A stretch of 60,983 bases of DNA, the filler included, from Dimargaris cristalligena (Eukaryota): NCBI GenBank assembly GCA_003614675.1. It is 14 parts of 14 records of this genome, joined end to end, with 100 filler letters (N's around TTAATTAATTAA, not from the genome) between each part and the next. Parts side by side here need not be neighbours in the genome. Positions count along the whole stretch, not along the records: positions 1 to 4,296 come from ML003802.1; positions 4,397 to 8,690 come from ML003803.1; positions 8,791 to 13,075 come from ML003804.1; 11 more parts are not named here. The stretch is one strand, 5' to 3'. The notes under the pieces are model-generated. The model did not search any database, was not told the origin of the DNA, and saw nothing but the letters and a program-made list of their open reading frames with translations. The position numbers were made by a program, and so were the translations under genes. Of the stretch, positions 1-11,512 are shown in pieces (the stretch's first letter is position 1; each line of letters starts with the position of its first letter).

Positions 1-55
1 ATCTATCTTTTCAAATAAAGTTCAGTTTTCAAGGATTTGTATTCAGTTCTTTACA
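1..55 (+). mobile_element. 3' end of putative LTR family C at contig start
   Basis: Near-identical (2 mismatches) to 39351..39405. Contains AATAAA and ends TTTACA; the flanks diverge shortly after. Confidence 0.6.
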
Positions 56-324
56 GTAGGGCAATGGGGATATATTTCTATAATATTAATATTAATTTAC
101 CCATCTATTGGTATGGGTTTTTACTTATATGGCTGGTTATTCTTATGGTTCAAATTAACTAGTCATGACAGTGGAGTAGACATTAGAGTCAAGGGTAATG
201 AGGGTGGGTTTCATCTCCATGCTGAGGCCAGTGTCACAGGGTGGTGGTGTCAGGCCACTAAAATGAGCAACAAAAATATATCAAAAGGGCAGGGTAGCTT
301 CTCCAGGTGAACTGGTTTGTCACT

Positions 325-905
325 TATTACCCAGGTTATCCACTCTTAATCCATCAAGTGTCCCGGGGATAGGCTTCTAATAGTAGGTGGGGCTTTAGAC
401 TCAGCTAAGCATGCTACTAGTGTTAGGGAGGGGTGTAGTGCTAACCAAATAAAGCAAGTATGGATAACTAGGTAAGGGATGTGCAGTGATGCATACTTAC
501 AGTTAGTACAAGAGGGTGAGCATATATAAGTGTTTATTGGGGGTAAACTAAGGGGTAAGAATAAGCTGAGGAAACTAACTGGTCCCAATGGGTCCAGTTA
601 TATATATATGGGGGACTACTCCAGAGGGGGGTCCCAAGGGAAGAATTACATAACTAAACTATGGATAAGTAAGCCAGTCAGCTAGTCCTTGTATTAGGAA
701 GACTTCCATGGGAACCAGAAGACTCCACAGATTGACAGTGGAGTGATTAGTACAAACTCAGGGGAGCCCAACTGGGGGGTTTATAAGCAATAGGTGATAA
801 CCCCATAGTACTGGGGGTGACTATGGGGGATTTAATATGGTGCTATAAGGCCTACTATGGTGGCCAATCATTCACCTGGATTAGGTCAGATTAGAAGGGG
901 TGACA
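325..905 (-). mobile_element. Solo LTR, family A (about 580 bp), TSD TCACT
   Basis: Termini TATTAC (mutated TGTCAC) ... TGACA. TCACT flanks both sides (320-324, 906-910). Homologous to copies at 2978, 22025, 25899, 28666, 39406 and 56745. Strand is given relative to the other copies only. Confidence 0.9.
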
Positions 906-1641
906 TCACTCGAATGAAAATGTTAATAAAACTAACTATATAAAGTTTTTAACTAAAGTAATCTAATATGAAAAATACTTATTTGGAAGCTCAAAAGGTT
1001 GGTCCTTGGCAACCACAACTTGAAATATATAACCCAACTATCCACAGTAGTTATAGAGGTAGTTTTATTATAAAAGAAAGATAATAGAAAAATAATACCC
1101 AATAATACAATACTAAAAAAATGACACAGAAAAAAAGAGGGGAAAAAGTTTCCCTTATATGCAAAAATATGTGCACTAATGCATTATTGATTGCTTGCAT
1201 GCATAGCCCAATCAAGTGCATCAATGGTGCATATTTAATCTAAAAAAAATCCAAGACTTTTTGCTCTATAGCCAAGAGTGCTAAACCATTCTCAGTATAA
1301 GGCAGAGAATTATTAAAACCAATAAAAGGAAAGTAAGCCTGCATAATTAATAAAAAGTAAATAGTGAATTCACATAGTAAAACTAATAAAAGAAGGGAGA
1401 GAATAAAATCAAATAACTACTAGCAATCAAGTATGAATATGCATATCCAATTATAGGGATAGCATGTATCCACCAATAGAAATATAAATAAAATTAAAGG
1501 AAAAATTCATATGGAAGAAATGGGTTAAAAGGGAAGGGAAAAAAACTGGATATACCAGATAAAAAAGGTGCTTCATACCTTGTATATAAATATAATAAGT
1601 AAATAATAATAGTGCATACCTGTGGCAATCAAGGGGATACT

Positions 1642-2977
1642 TTACCTTGCCACACCAGACCCACACAAGGAGAAGGATGGCACCTGGTTGGCTTTGGGAT
1701 TTTTTAACACCTGATAGCTGTTAGTGGAAGTGATGTGGGGGGTCCATCCTTTGTCATACATTTTAATAAACCCATCACCAGTTACTTTACTCACATGCAA
1801 TATAGGAATTGTGTTGGGATTTGTAATAAGTGGGGGTTCAATTGGTACATCTTTGATGTTATACACAACCATGGCCATGGCCCTGGCTGCTGCCACATTA
1901 GTGGCCTTGACATTGAGGGTACACTCATCTGCTTGGACAAGGGTAATATTACTGGTCTGTACAGAATCAATAGTAGAACAATTGGTCAGTGAGCTGGATG
2001 TGGTTTTGGCCTGGATAACCTCCACATTGGTGAGTGCAAACAATTTGAAGATACCCTAGGTACTAGACTATATATGAGGTGACAGACTTATGGGGTTAGT
2101 AAACATGAGTCTGCAGCCAAATATTGTAGGTGGTTCCATACTTCCTACTGTGATGACCAACTGCCCTGTAGCAGGGGATCTGGTCATCCAAAATGAAAGC
2201 TGACCTTTGTTACCTGCAGCTGCAACTATAGCAACTCCCATGGTGGCCAAAGAGTTGCTACAAAAGGCATCTATATCAGAATTGAACCCCAATGGAGTGG
2301 AAATGAAAATGTTAGTGACCTTCATGCCATCAAGGTAGGCCATCTGCAGGGCTTTTATAAGGATGGTGCTGTTGGTCATGGTAGAGCAGCCCATGATGCA
2401 ATACACCCCCAGAGTTGCACCCAGTGCCATGCCCTTGAAGCTACTGTTGTTTCCTGTAATAATCCTGGCAACATGGGTGCCGTGGCCATTACATGTGTCC
2501 AAAGGATTGGCCTGGGGTTGAGGGGTGTTATATCTATTAAAGGCATCACCCACCAAATCATAGCTGTAGCACACCTTACAGTTGGTAGTATTGAAGCAGT
2601 TACCAAATGCCAGATGGGTATAGTTGATGCCACTGTCAATGATTCCAACTTTGATGCCCACACCTGTTAACCCATAGTTGGATGTCAGTGTGTTGACTCC
2701 TGTATGGTTGTGGCTGATTTGGACCAGCCTGATATTGGTAGTCTATTAGCAGGACCTCAAAGCCACAACACTGTCTTGCATTATGATCTGCTTGGGAATG
2801 ATACTCTCTACTAAATCAAATATAGAGATGACAGCTTGGTAGCAATCATCCACCACAATATGCAAGCCTACAAACACATCACTGTAATTGGAGGCTAGCA
2901 TAAATGTAATTGAGGATGCCTTTAAGTCATTCACCAATAAAGTCCACTGATCAGTTGTTTCAGACAGATTATATGTT
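1642..2977 (-). pseudogene. Decayed subtilisin (S8, PA-domain-containing, pyrolysin/C5a-peptidase-like)
   Basis: GIKVGIIDSGINYTH (catalytic Asp), NGHGTHVARII (catalytic His), AAAGNKG, PA domain (NITLVQADECTLNVKATNVAAARAMAMVVYN) and a propeptide remnant at 2746-2937. Broken by stops, no GTSMA Ser region seen, 5' end abuts an LTR. Confidence 0.9.
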
Positions 2978-3561
2978 TGTCACCCAGGTTAACCTCTCTT
3001 AGTCCATTAAGAGTCCTGGGGGTAGGCCTCTAATGGTAGGTGGGGCTTAGGCTCAGCCAAGCAGGCAACTAGTATTAGGTAGGGGTATGGTACTAACTAA
3101 ATAAGGGCTCAAGCCATTGGATTTGATGCAAGGGACATGCAGCAGGCACACTTACTGGTTAGTACAAAGGGATGAGTATATATAGTGATTATTGAGGATA
3201 AACTATGGAGGTATGAATAAGCTGAGGCTTCTAACTGGTCCCAATGGGGGCCAGTTATATATACATGGGGGACAGCTTTAAAGGGCAGTCTATGGAGGAA
3301 GGTACTACTAAGACTACTAAGGATAAACTAGCTAACCAGATAATAGAGGGTATAGAAGACTTGGTTGGGAACTGGAAGAGTTGTTAGATCAGCCCAGGAG
3401 TGATTAATGGAACTCCAGAGTCTGGAAAGGGAAGGGTTATATGATATAGGATGATCATATAGTACTAGGGGTGACTATGGGAAGGTAAATATAGCACTAT
3501 AAGGCCTAATAGGGATGGTCTATTATTATACCTGGATTAAGCTAGGTTAGAAGGGCTGACA
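2978..3561 (-). mobile_element. LTR family A copy truncating the subtilisin pseudogene
   Basis: TGTCACCCAGGTTAAC ... GGGCTGACA, full-length homology to the other family A copies. No matching TSD (ATGTT vs CAATA). Confidence 0.88.
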
Positions 3562-4296
3562 CAATATATAAGTGGTTAAAATGAGTGATCACAGGTAGAC
3601 TAGATAAACTAACATAATTGGTGGAAACAGAATAGAATAAAAAACCTATTAGGACATATTTTCTAACAGTGATATTGATATATATTTTCATAGAAGGGAA
3701 CCTTAAGCCCAATATGATATTATAACCAAGTAGGCTGAATAGGGCTGAAATAGTAATATTAAACAACCAAGGATCACTAAGTAGGGTAGGAAACTAAAAG
3801 ATAGGTGAAGTAGTGCTCATAAAAATAGTACCAAAATTAATATTTTATTCAAAGACAGGGTATAATAGTGGGCCGCTTGGGGAGATACACCTTATCCCTC
3901 AGAGATGAGTTGTTGTTCTTGTGCCATTGGTTTAAGGTCGCCTTATTCTGGCGGGGGGTTGAGTAGGTGGCGCCATAGTCCCGGAGACCTCCCTAATTCG
4001 GGTGGGGAGTAGAATGGGGGGGATCGGTCACTCACCTCTGAGTGGGAGCAGCCTCCCCTGGTTGCAGTATTATGCCCTACACAAATGGCGCCCTAGAAAA
4101 AATGGAAAGAAAGAGGGAAATAAATATAGAGCAATCGCTGATGTGCAAGCCAGTTGGTTCCATGGGGTTCATTTTGAAAAGGGAGGAGCGAGGAAATTCT
4201 TGTTGGACTAGTCAGGCTAGTGCCCAATCCGACTTGAGGCACTTGTGTAACGAAAAAGTCTTCGTAATTTATATCCATTTTGAGCGGCGTTAGGGA

Positions 4297-4396
4297 NNNN
4301 NNNNNNNNNNNNNNNNNNNNNNNNNNNNNNNNNNNNNNNNTTAATTAATTAANNNNNNNNNNNNNNNNNNNNNNNNNNNNNNNNNNNNNNNNNNNN
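4297..4396. other. Artificial contig-joining spacer (N-run + TTAATTAATTAA + N-run), first of 13
   Basis: Identical 100-bp spacers with a six-frame stop linker at 4297, 8691, 13076, 17448, 21813, 26177, 30539, 34896, 39251, 43604, 47956, 52304 and 56645. Intervening contigs shrink monotonically from 4296 to 4239 bp. Confidence 0.98.
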
Positions 4397-5367
4397 ACAA
4401 GTCGCAGAGTCCCAATCCACAATACCGGCTAATTTATTAATAAAAGGGGTACAATTGCCAGCATTTAGTACTATTGGTGGGGTGATATCTATCAGATGGT
4501 ACCAATACTGTTTTGTTTCACATCTCTTCTTCGCCCACCGCCTATGGAATTATTGTCAACCCCACTTTTATAAATTTCTACAGTCCCTCATTCTTGTATG
4601 AATATCAGCGCTACCTCTCATTGAAAACTGTTGGACGGGGAGTGCAGCACTTGTATCAGATATTAATTGGCAATAGCCCAAAGCAAAATGGAATGCGGCC
4701 CAGAAGATAAGGCCCGTGTGAGAAGAAAGGCTCGTAATGTGCTCGATTACTTGGCCCTCCGCTGTTGGATCCATCTCGCGTACACTCCCATCATAGCCCC
4801 AGTCGACCCAAACCAATATTGCCCCTGGTTTAAAGTGATACCGGGTTATTGCTACCCATCCCTGTGTTTGGTCAATGTCGCAACAAGTCGGGACCAGCCC
4901 CTTTCTGTCGTGCGGCATACTGACTATTCTTTATAAAGCCAAGTCCCACTGTTCAATCGATTCATTAGTTTGCTGAAATATCGTTTATTCTCGCTGATTT
5001 GGAGTTGGCCCGTGGTCAGTCCTAGTTTACAACTATGTCCTTTAATAGTTAATAATGCCTTTCTACTCTTATAAATAAGATTTTTTTCTTGCTCCATCTC
5101 ACCCGTTCCAAATGTGTAATTTAGAAATTTATCTGGATTCAGTTAGCCCGGTTTAGTGTACCATTACTCCTTTGGTTTCATCCCAGTGGTCCCTGACGCT
5201 ATCATCACATCACATACTTTGTCTTCGCTTAGTCTCGATATTTTTCAGCCTCCTACTATAATTATTTGATCAATTAAATATACTCCTCCAAGATCCACCC
5301 GGCGTCTACTTACCACCTAAACTCCGAGCCTTCAGGCATCGGAGCCAATGTACTTGGCCTTATTTTC

Positions 5368-8300
5368 ATGGACCGAGCCACCTCAACAACAGATTATACT
5401 CCGTCTCGGTCACCCGCACTCTCTCCCATTTCAACTCCGCCCGGCTCGGCCCAGGAAACTCCGCATGGCTCTCCTCCACACTCCCTTAGACGCCGTCCGA
5501 AGGCCCTCCCAGACCGCCTACGCCCTCACCGCTCCCGGTTAGTATTTCGTCCGCCCAGCTGTACCCCGTGGCACAACTCTCCGGTTCATCATTCCCCAGG
5601 TACCCACCGGAAGCCCCGGTCGGTTCCAGCTCATTCGGCGCACTCGTCCATGGATTCCACCAGTGCCCACCCCATGTCGTCGGAATCACAGTCCGGTTAT
5701 TTTGACAAGTCCACCCAGCCAGCGGGCGTGTCGTCGTACAACCGGGAGGGATCTTGCCACTCGTCCGAGGGCCGCAAGTCCTTAGAACGTACCCATTCTT
5801 CTTGGGCGCCTCAAAATCCCCACTCAACGGGTCAGTTATCGGGCCACGCGGAGAATCCCACGGACTCCTGCACCTACGGCACATCTCACTATCCGACTAG
5901 TTCTGTAGAACGCATAACCGAGCAGTATCAGGAACCCAGGTCCTCCCTTGGGGAACCAAATCGATTTTTCAGGCACAACCAGACGCCCCCCTTTCGTTCG
6001 CATAGTCCTAGTCCGGCCCACTCTTGGTCCTGGCGGCCGTCATCCGATTCTAATCATTCGGATTCGTCTTCCCGATCCTCATCATTGTCTTCCCCACCAC
6101 TAACATCGCCACCACCACCCCCACCAAGGTGCTGGGCCCGGCTGCGGGCCTCTCTGTCTGCAGAAGCCCAGGTCGTAATTGCTCGTCTGCGCTCCCCGGG
6201 GGCCATGACCAGGTTGATCCGCTCCGTTTTAACCTTTGCTATATCAACTCTCTTCATCCTGATCAGTAGTATTGAGAAATGGATTGGCAAGTATTCATAC
6301 CTTTTGCCTTTTTCCACTATATTTCTCTGTTCCGCTCCGACTTTCGGAGCCCACGTGGAAGCTATGGTCTTGGCCTATATTGGCCTGGCTCTTTCTTTCG
6401 GGTACACCCTGTTGGGTAGGTTTGCCGCTGAGGAATGTAACCGCCGTTTTCTACACAGTGGTGACCACGGGGCTCGGGCCATTTTGGCCGTTTGGCTTTT
6501 TGTAGGGTTATTCCTAATGAGTCTGGTCCGGGTGCGTAATAAGCGATACTCCACCCCAACTGTCTTATTTTGCTTCCCCCTGATTCTAACGATGACTGCT
6601 AAAGTGGACAACACTACCGGAGCCGTGGCCTTCGTATGGGCCTATTTTAAACCGCTTATATTTGGCGCCAATATCGCTTTGGTTTCCGGTATCGTCTTCT
6701 TCCCCGTTTCGGCCATTTTCGTCCTGGAGAAGCACGTTCTAACTGTCATGTGCCGGGTTCTCAAAGTGTTAGATATCACCACCAAAGCCTTCCTACTGCG
6801 GGACTCATCTGCCATCCTGACACCCCAGCAGTTCAGTTCCCACATGGCCGAGGTTCGGCAAGCCATGTCGGCCTTAAAGGAAGCGACCCTCGAAGCCAAG
6901 TACGAAATATCCTACTCCAATCACAAGCCCGAGGATTTTGACGCCATCCAAAAGACCCTGCTCCTCATCTCGCAGCATCTAGGAAGTATGACACTATCGG
7001 CCCAAAATGAGCGCTATTTGACGAATGCCCGGGACTATTTGGACCAGCGCCAGCCGCCTAGTGGAACTCATCCATACACCCCGGTAGGCACCGTCCCCAT
7101 CTCCATCTCTAGACCTTCGGCATCCCAGTCGGAGCTTGGTCCACCCTCACCTTTAGCCATGTCCTTAAGAACCACCCAGTCTCTGGACCAACCTGTCTTG
7201 GCTTGTCTGAACCACTGCGTGCCAAAGGAGCTGGCCAAAGCCGATCGGAAAATTTTCATGCAGCTTTTGCATAGCTTCGGGCCGTCCATCCAGGAACTTT
7301 CCTACCTCTGTGAATTGACGCTTGACCGGTGCGTTCACCGGTTTATCAAAAACTGCGAGGGTCTCACTCAGTCTAGCGTGACGGTGCGCATAGTGAACGA
7401 GTTGCCAGACGACCTACTGATTCACAACTACTCCGTTATCGAAGCCAGGTACCAGAAGCGGGCCGGGGATCAATCCCACGGGTTTTTTGTGAATCTCTAC
7501 CGTTATCTCATAGGGTTACATACGGAGTCAAAAGAGGCGAATGCATCGTCGACGGAGGTACCCCATCATGGAAAACCGCCCCCCCCCTGCGGCAGAAAGG
7601 GGAAGTCCTCGACCCGAACCCGGGTCTCCATCGGCCCACCCGCGAACCAGTACCAGCAGTGTATCCATTGAGATTGATGACCAGGGGAATTTCAATCGGG
7701 TTGGCCGGCCCCGACGCCTATCCCAATTGTTTGCGGGACCGAGGATGGATGTCCCAGAGAATCCAGCCGTCCCTGGGGGCGAGAAGGCCGCCGAGACAAC
7801 ATCAGGTGGAGAAGGCTCACCCACCTCGGCCCCAGCGCCAAATCCAACCCACCCTGGGCTCCGGGATGATCAAATCCCCCATCCCGTTCGGTCCAACGAC
7901 CCCCTATCCGATGCGGATATGCAGGAGTTTGTCAATAAGATTCAGCGAGCCATCGCCCGATTCGATAAATTGGAGGTAACGGCCATTCGCAAAGTATACC
8001 GACACACCATGAACGTGGTGGACCCTACTGGGCCTCGTGAATCACATCGGGAACCCGGGGGTACTGGGGATGGCCATTCCGACTCGGGCAACCTCGCCTT
8101 GCCTTTCGAAGAGCCACGAGAGGAGGCCTTTCTGATTTTCTTTTTTCTATTTAGTCTACGCGAAGTGGCCCTCCTTCTTTCCACCTTAGTAAAGCAGATT
8201 CACACCATGCAGCTCGCCCGTTCCAGAACCAAGCGCCTGTGGGTACGCTGGAACAGCGATGCCCTAGGGATTCTCCGCCATTTTGTGCTCTACATGGTTA

Positions 8301-8690
8301 GCCACCTGTTTATTACCAAACCGCGACCACCCCCTAAAAAACCCAAAACCTATCTGGGCAGAAAATCCCAACCCTCCGAGTCACAGGGAACGTTTCGTCG
8401 ACGTCTTTCCGGCCGACATCGTAAAACGCCGAATGATAAGAAATATGACAGGGGGTATGGAAAAATGCACGTGGGTACCGTGTATGGACGGTCCACTGGG
8501 GTCCTGGCCCGGCCCGCTCAACCCCGCCCGCCGAATGGCTCGTCCGGCGCCGCTTCGACTGTCCGCCGCCGCCATCACGGCCGTCGCACAGACCACTTGG
8601 CGGTGGGGAATGACGAACTCTACCATGACTACCAGGAAGCCGTAAGGCAGGTGTTCGATGAAAACATCGACGATACTAATTCCGAAAGCG
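5368..8690 (+). CDS. ArAE/FUSC-like (BRE4-type) multi-pass membrane transporter, 3'-truncated, one apparent frameshift
   Basis: Ser/Pro-rich N-terminus, about 6 TM helices, EAKYEISYS motif, later EEAFLIFFFLFSLREVA segment. ORFs 5368..7671 and 7541..8690 join if one C is removed from the C9 run at 7579-7587. Confidence 0.75.
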
Positions 8691-8790
8691 NNNNNNNNNN
8701 NNNNNNNNNNNNNNNNNNNNNNNNNNNNNNNNNNTTAATTAATTAANNNNNNNNNNNNNNNNNNNNNNNNNNNNNNNNNNNNNNNNNNNN

Positions 8791-11512
8791 GGAAGTCCTA
8801 TCTCGCCTCAGAAAAGCCTCCTTATTTGCCAAATTAGACAAATGTGAATTCCATAAATCAAGTGTGGAGTTCCTTGGTTACATTGTCACAAACTCTGGTA
8901 TTGAAATGGACCCATCTAAGATTGATTCAATCCAATCCTGGCCAATTCTCCGCAGTGTTAAGGATATCCAGTCCTTCCTAGGTCTTGCCAACTTCTACCG
9001 CTGATTTGTTCGAAATTTCTCATCAATTACAGCACCACTCACTCGCCTCCTTCGTAAGGATACTCCATGGGATTGGTCACCCGAAGCCCAAGCCGCCTTT
9101 GATGCCCTTAAATCTGCATTTACATCAGCCCCAGTTCTTCAATACTTTGACCCGTCCCAGCCTATAACTATTGAAACTGATGCCTCTGATTTTGCCATTG
9201 GTGGAGTCCTCTTGCAACCAGATAATGATGGTCTTCTCCACCCTATTGCATTCCATTCTTGCAAATTCACTCCTGCAGAACTGAACTATGAAATTTATGA
9301 TAAGGAAATGTTAGCAATAGTGGAGTCTTTCAAGGTATGGTGTGCCTACCTTGAGGGTGCTCATTTCCAAATCACAATGCTCACCGACCATAAGAACTTG
9401 GAATATTTTACCACTACAAAATCCCTAAATCGCCGCCAAGTCCGTTGGGCCCAACTTTTGGCTAACTATAACTTTGTTATTAAGTATATCCCTGGCCATA
9501 AAAATGGCAAGGCTGATGCCCTATCTCGCCGCCCTGACTTTTTCCCTAAGGAGGGGAGTGACACCTTGTGTAATAGTTCACAAGCACTACTAAAGTCCAA
9601 CCAATTTATTATTTGTGCACTCGATACCTTAACCTCCTCCTCCCTTCTTATTGATGATATATGCACTAGTTATACATCTGATCCTGCCCTAGCCAAAGTA
9701 TTAGCCTCTTTACGTGAACCATTACTCAATTCCCCAACCGAAAATACCAATAACCTACTACCTTTTTCCCTGGTTGATGATATTATTCTTTACGATGGAC
9801 TTATCTATGTCCCTGATACTACCAGTATCAAATTATGCTTACTCCAAGATCACCATGTCTCCCCAACTGCTGGCCATTTTGGTCGAGCTAAAACCCTTGA
9901 ATTGCTATCCCGGAATTACTACTGGCCCAAAATGCGCCAATTTATGGAAGAATATGTATCCTCTTGTGACCAATGTAATCGCTGCAAACCAGTTCGCCAC
10001 AAACCTTATGGACTACTCCAGTCCCTTCCAATCCCTGAAGGCCCTTGGAAATCAATCTCTATGGATTATATTGTTGGCCTTCCAGCCTCCAGCGGCTTTA
10101 CTGCACTACTAGTAGTTGTTGACCGCTTTACTAAAATGGCACACTTTATTCCAACCACTGATAATGTTGATGCCCCCACTACTGCCCAATTATTTCTAAC
10201 CCATATCTATAAATACCATGGCCTCCCTATTGATATTGTTTCAGATCGAGGCTCCACCTTTACCTCCCATTTCTGGTCTGCCCTGATGGAACTCCTTCAT
10301 ATCAAGTGCAACTTATCAACTGCCTTCCACCCCCAATCAGATGGCCAAACAGAGCGAGTAAACCAAGTCCTAGAACAATACCTTCACCTCTACTGTGACC
10401 ACCTCCAGGATAATTGGGTTGATCTCCTTCCCCTTGCTGAATTTTCTTACAATAACTCAAAGCACTCAACTACCAAAACTAGCCCATTCTTTGCTAATAC
10501 TGCCCGTCACCCAATTGCATTACCAATGTCTGCTGCAGTTGCAAAATGTAATACACCCGCAGTAACTGATTTATCCTCAGAACTAATTGAGGTTCATAAT
10601 TCTTTAGTTAAGAATATTGAATCTGCAAACCACCGGTATGCTACCTTTTACAATCGTAAACACCTGCCTGAGCCTGACCTGTCTATTGGCTCTAAAGTCT
10701 GGCTCCTTCGAAAACACATCAAGACCACCCGACCTAGCTCAAAACTTGACTACAACCGCTTAGGTCCTTTTACCATCCTTGCCAAAGTTGGCCAACGGGC
10801 CTATCGCCTAGACCTACCACTATCAATGAGTATACACCCTGTATTCCATGTCTCCCTCCTTGAACCCCTTATTGGGAATACTATTCCTGGTCGCACTCAA
10901 GTTCCTCCACCCCCAATTGAGGTTAATAATGAGTATGAATATGAGGTTGAGGATATCCTAGATAGTCACCTCCATTATGGAAAATTACAGTATCTAATTG
11001 ACTGGAAAGGCTATGATGCCAGTGCTCGCACCTGGGAACCTGCTACAAATATTGTAAAGTCCCCAGACCTTGTCCATTGTTTCCACCACCTGTACCCTAA
11101 CAAGCCAGGACCTCGCAGAGCTCGGCCTTCAAAGGGGGAGCTACTGTCATGACCGGTAAATTTGAACTATATAAATAACCCACCATATAAGTAAAAAAAC
11201 CCATATCAACAAATGGGTAAAATTAATATCCAATATTACCAAGATATATACCCATCACCCTACTATGTTTTATTTCCCAGTGTTTATTCCTCATATTATC
11301 TAGTTACTGATTTGTATCTATTAGTTATTATCATTCTTCCCCTGCCCCTTGGGTTGGGATATAACCCCAACCATTTTCCCTTAGCTTGCTCTTCAGCTTG
11401 CAACTCCTCTTTGTTTTCCTTTTCTGTTATCTAGTTTAATAAATCCTAATTCCATCCTTCAAAGTCCCGCCTGTCTTATGGTACCTGGCCTCATCTTTAG
11501 CTCATCATAACA
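8791..11512 (+). mobile_element. pol: Ty3/gypsy chromovirus, 3' half (RT C-term, RNase H, integrase, chromodomain, PPT, 3' LTR)
   Basis: Frame from 8792 reads [42 protein letters not shown] zinc finger, VVVDRFTK/SDRG/QSDGQTER integrase core, GPF module and chromodomain EYEVEDIL..YLIDWKGY..TWEP. Premature TGA at 9002 within GLANFYR*F. Confidence 0.97.
11145..11512 (+). repeat. 3' LTR of the chromovirus (368 bp) preceded by a polypurine tract
   Basis: PPT AAAGGGGGAG at 11131-11140. Termini TGTCATGA ... TCATAACA form an imperfect inverted repeat. The pol stop codon lies inside the LTR. Confidence 0.8.

Noticed and set aside
113-4293. Many short ORFs in CpG-depleted DNA (also 23721-29734)
   Set aside because: They fall in LTRs or decayed relics and lack coherent coding signals, apart from the pseudogenes listed.
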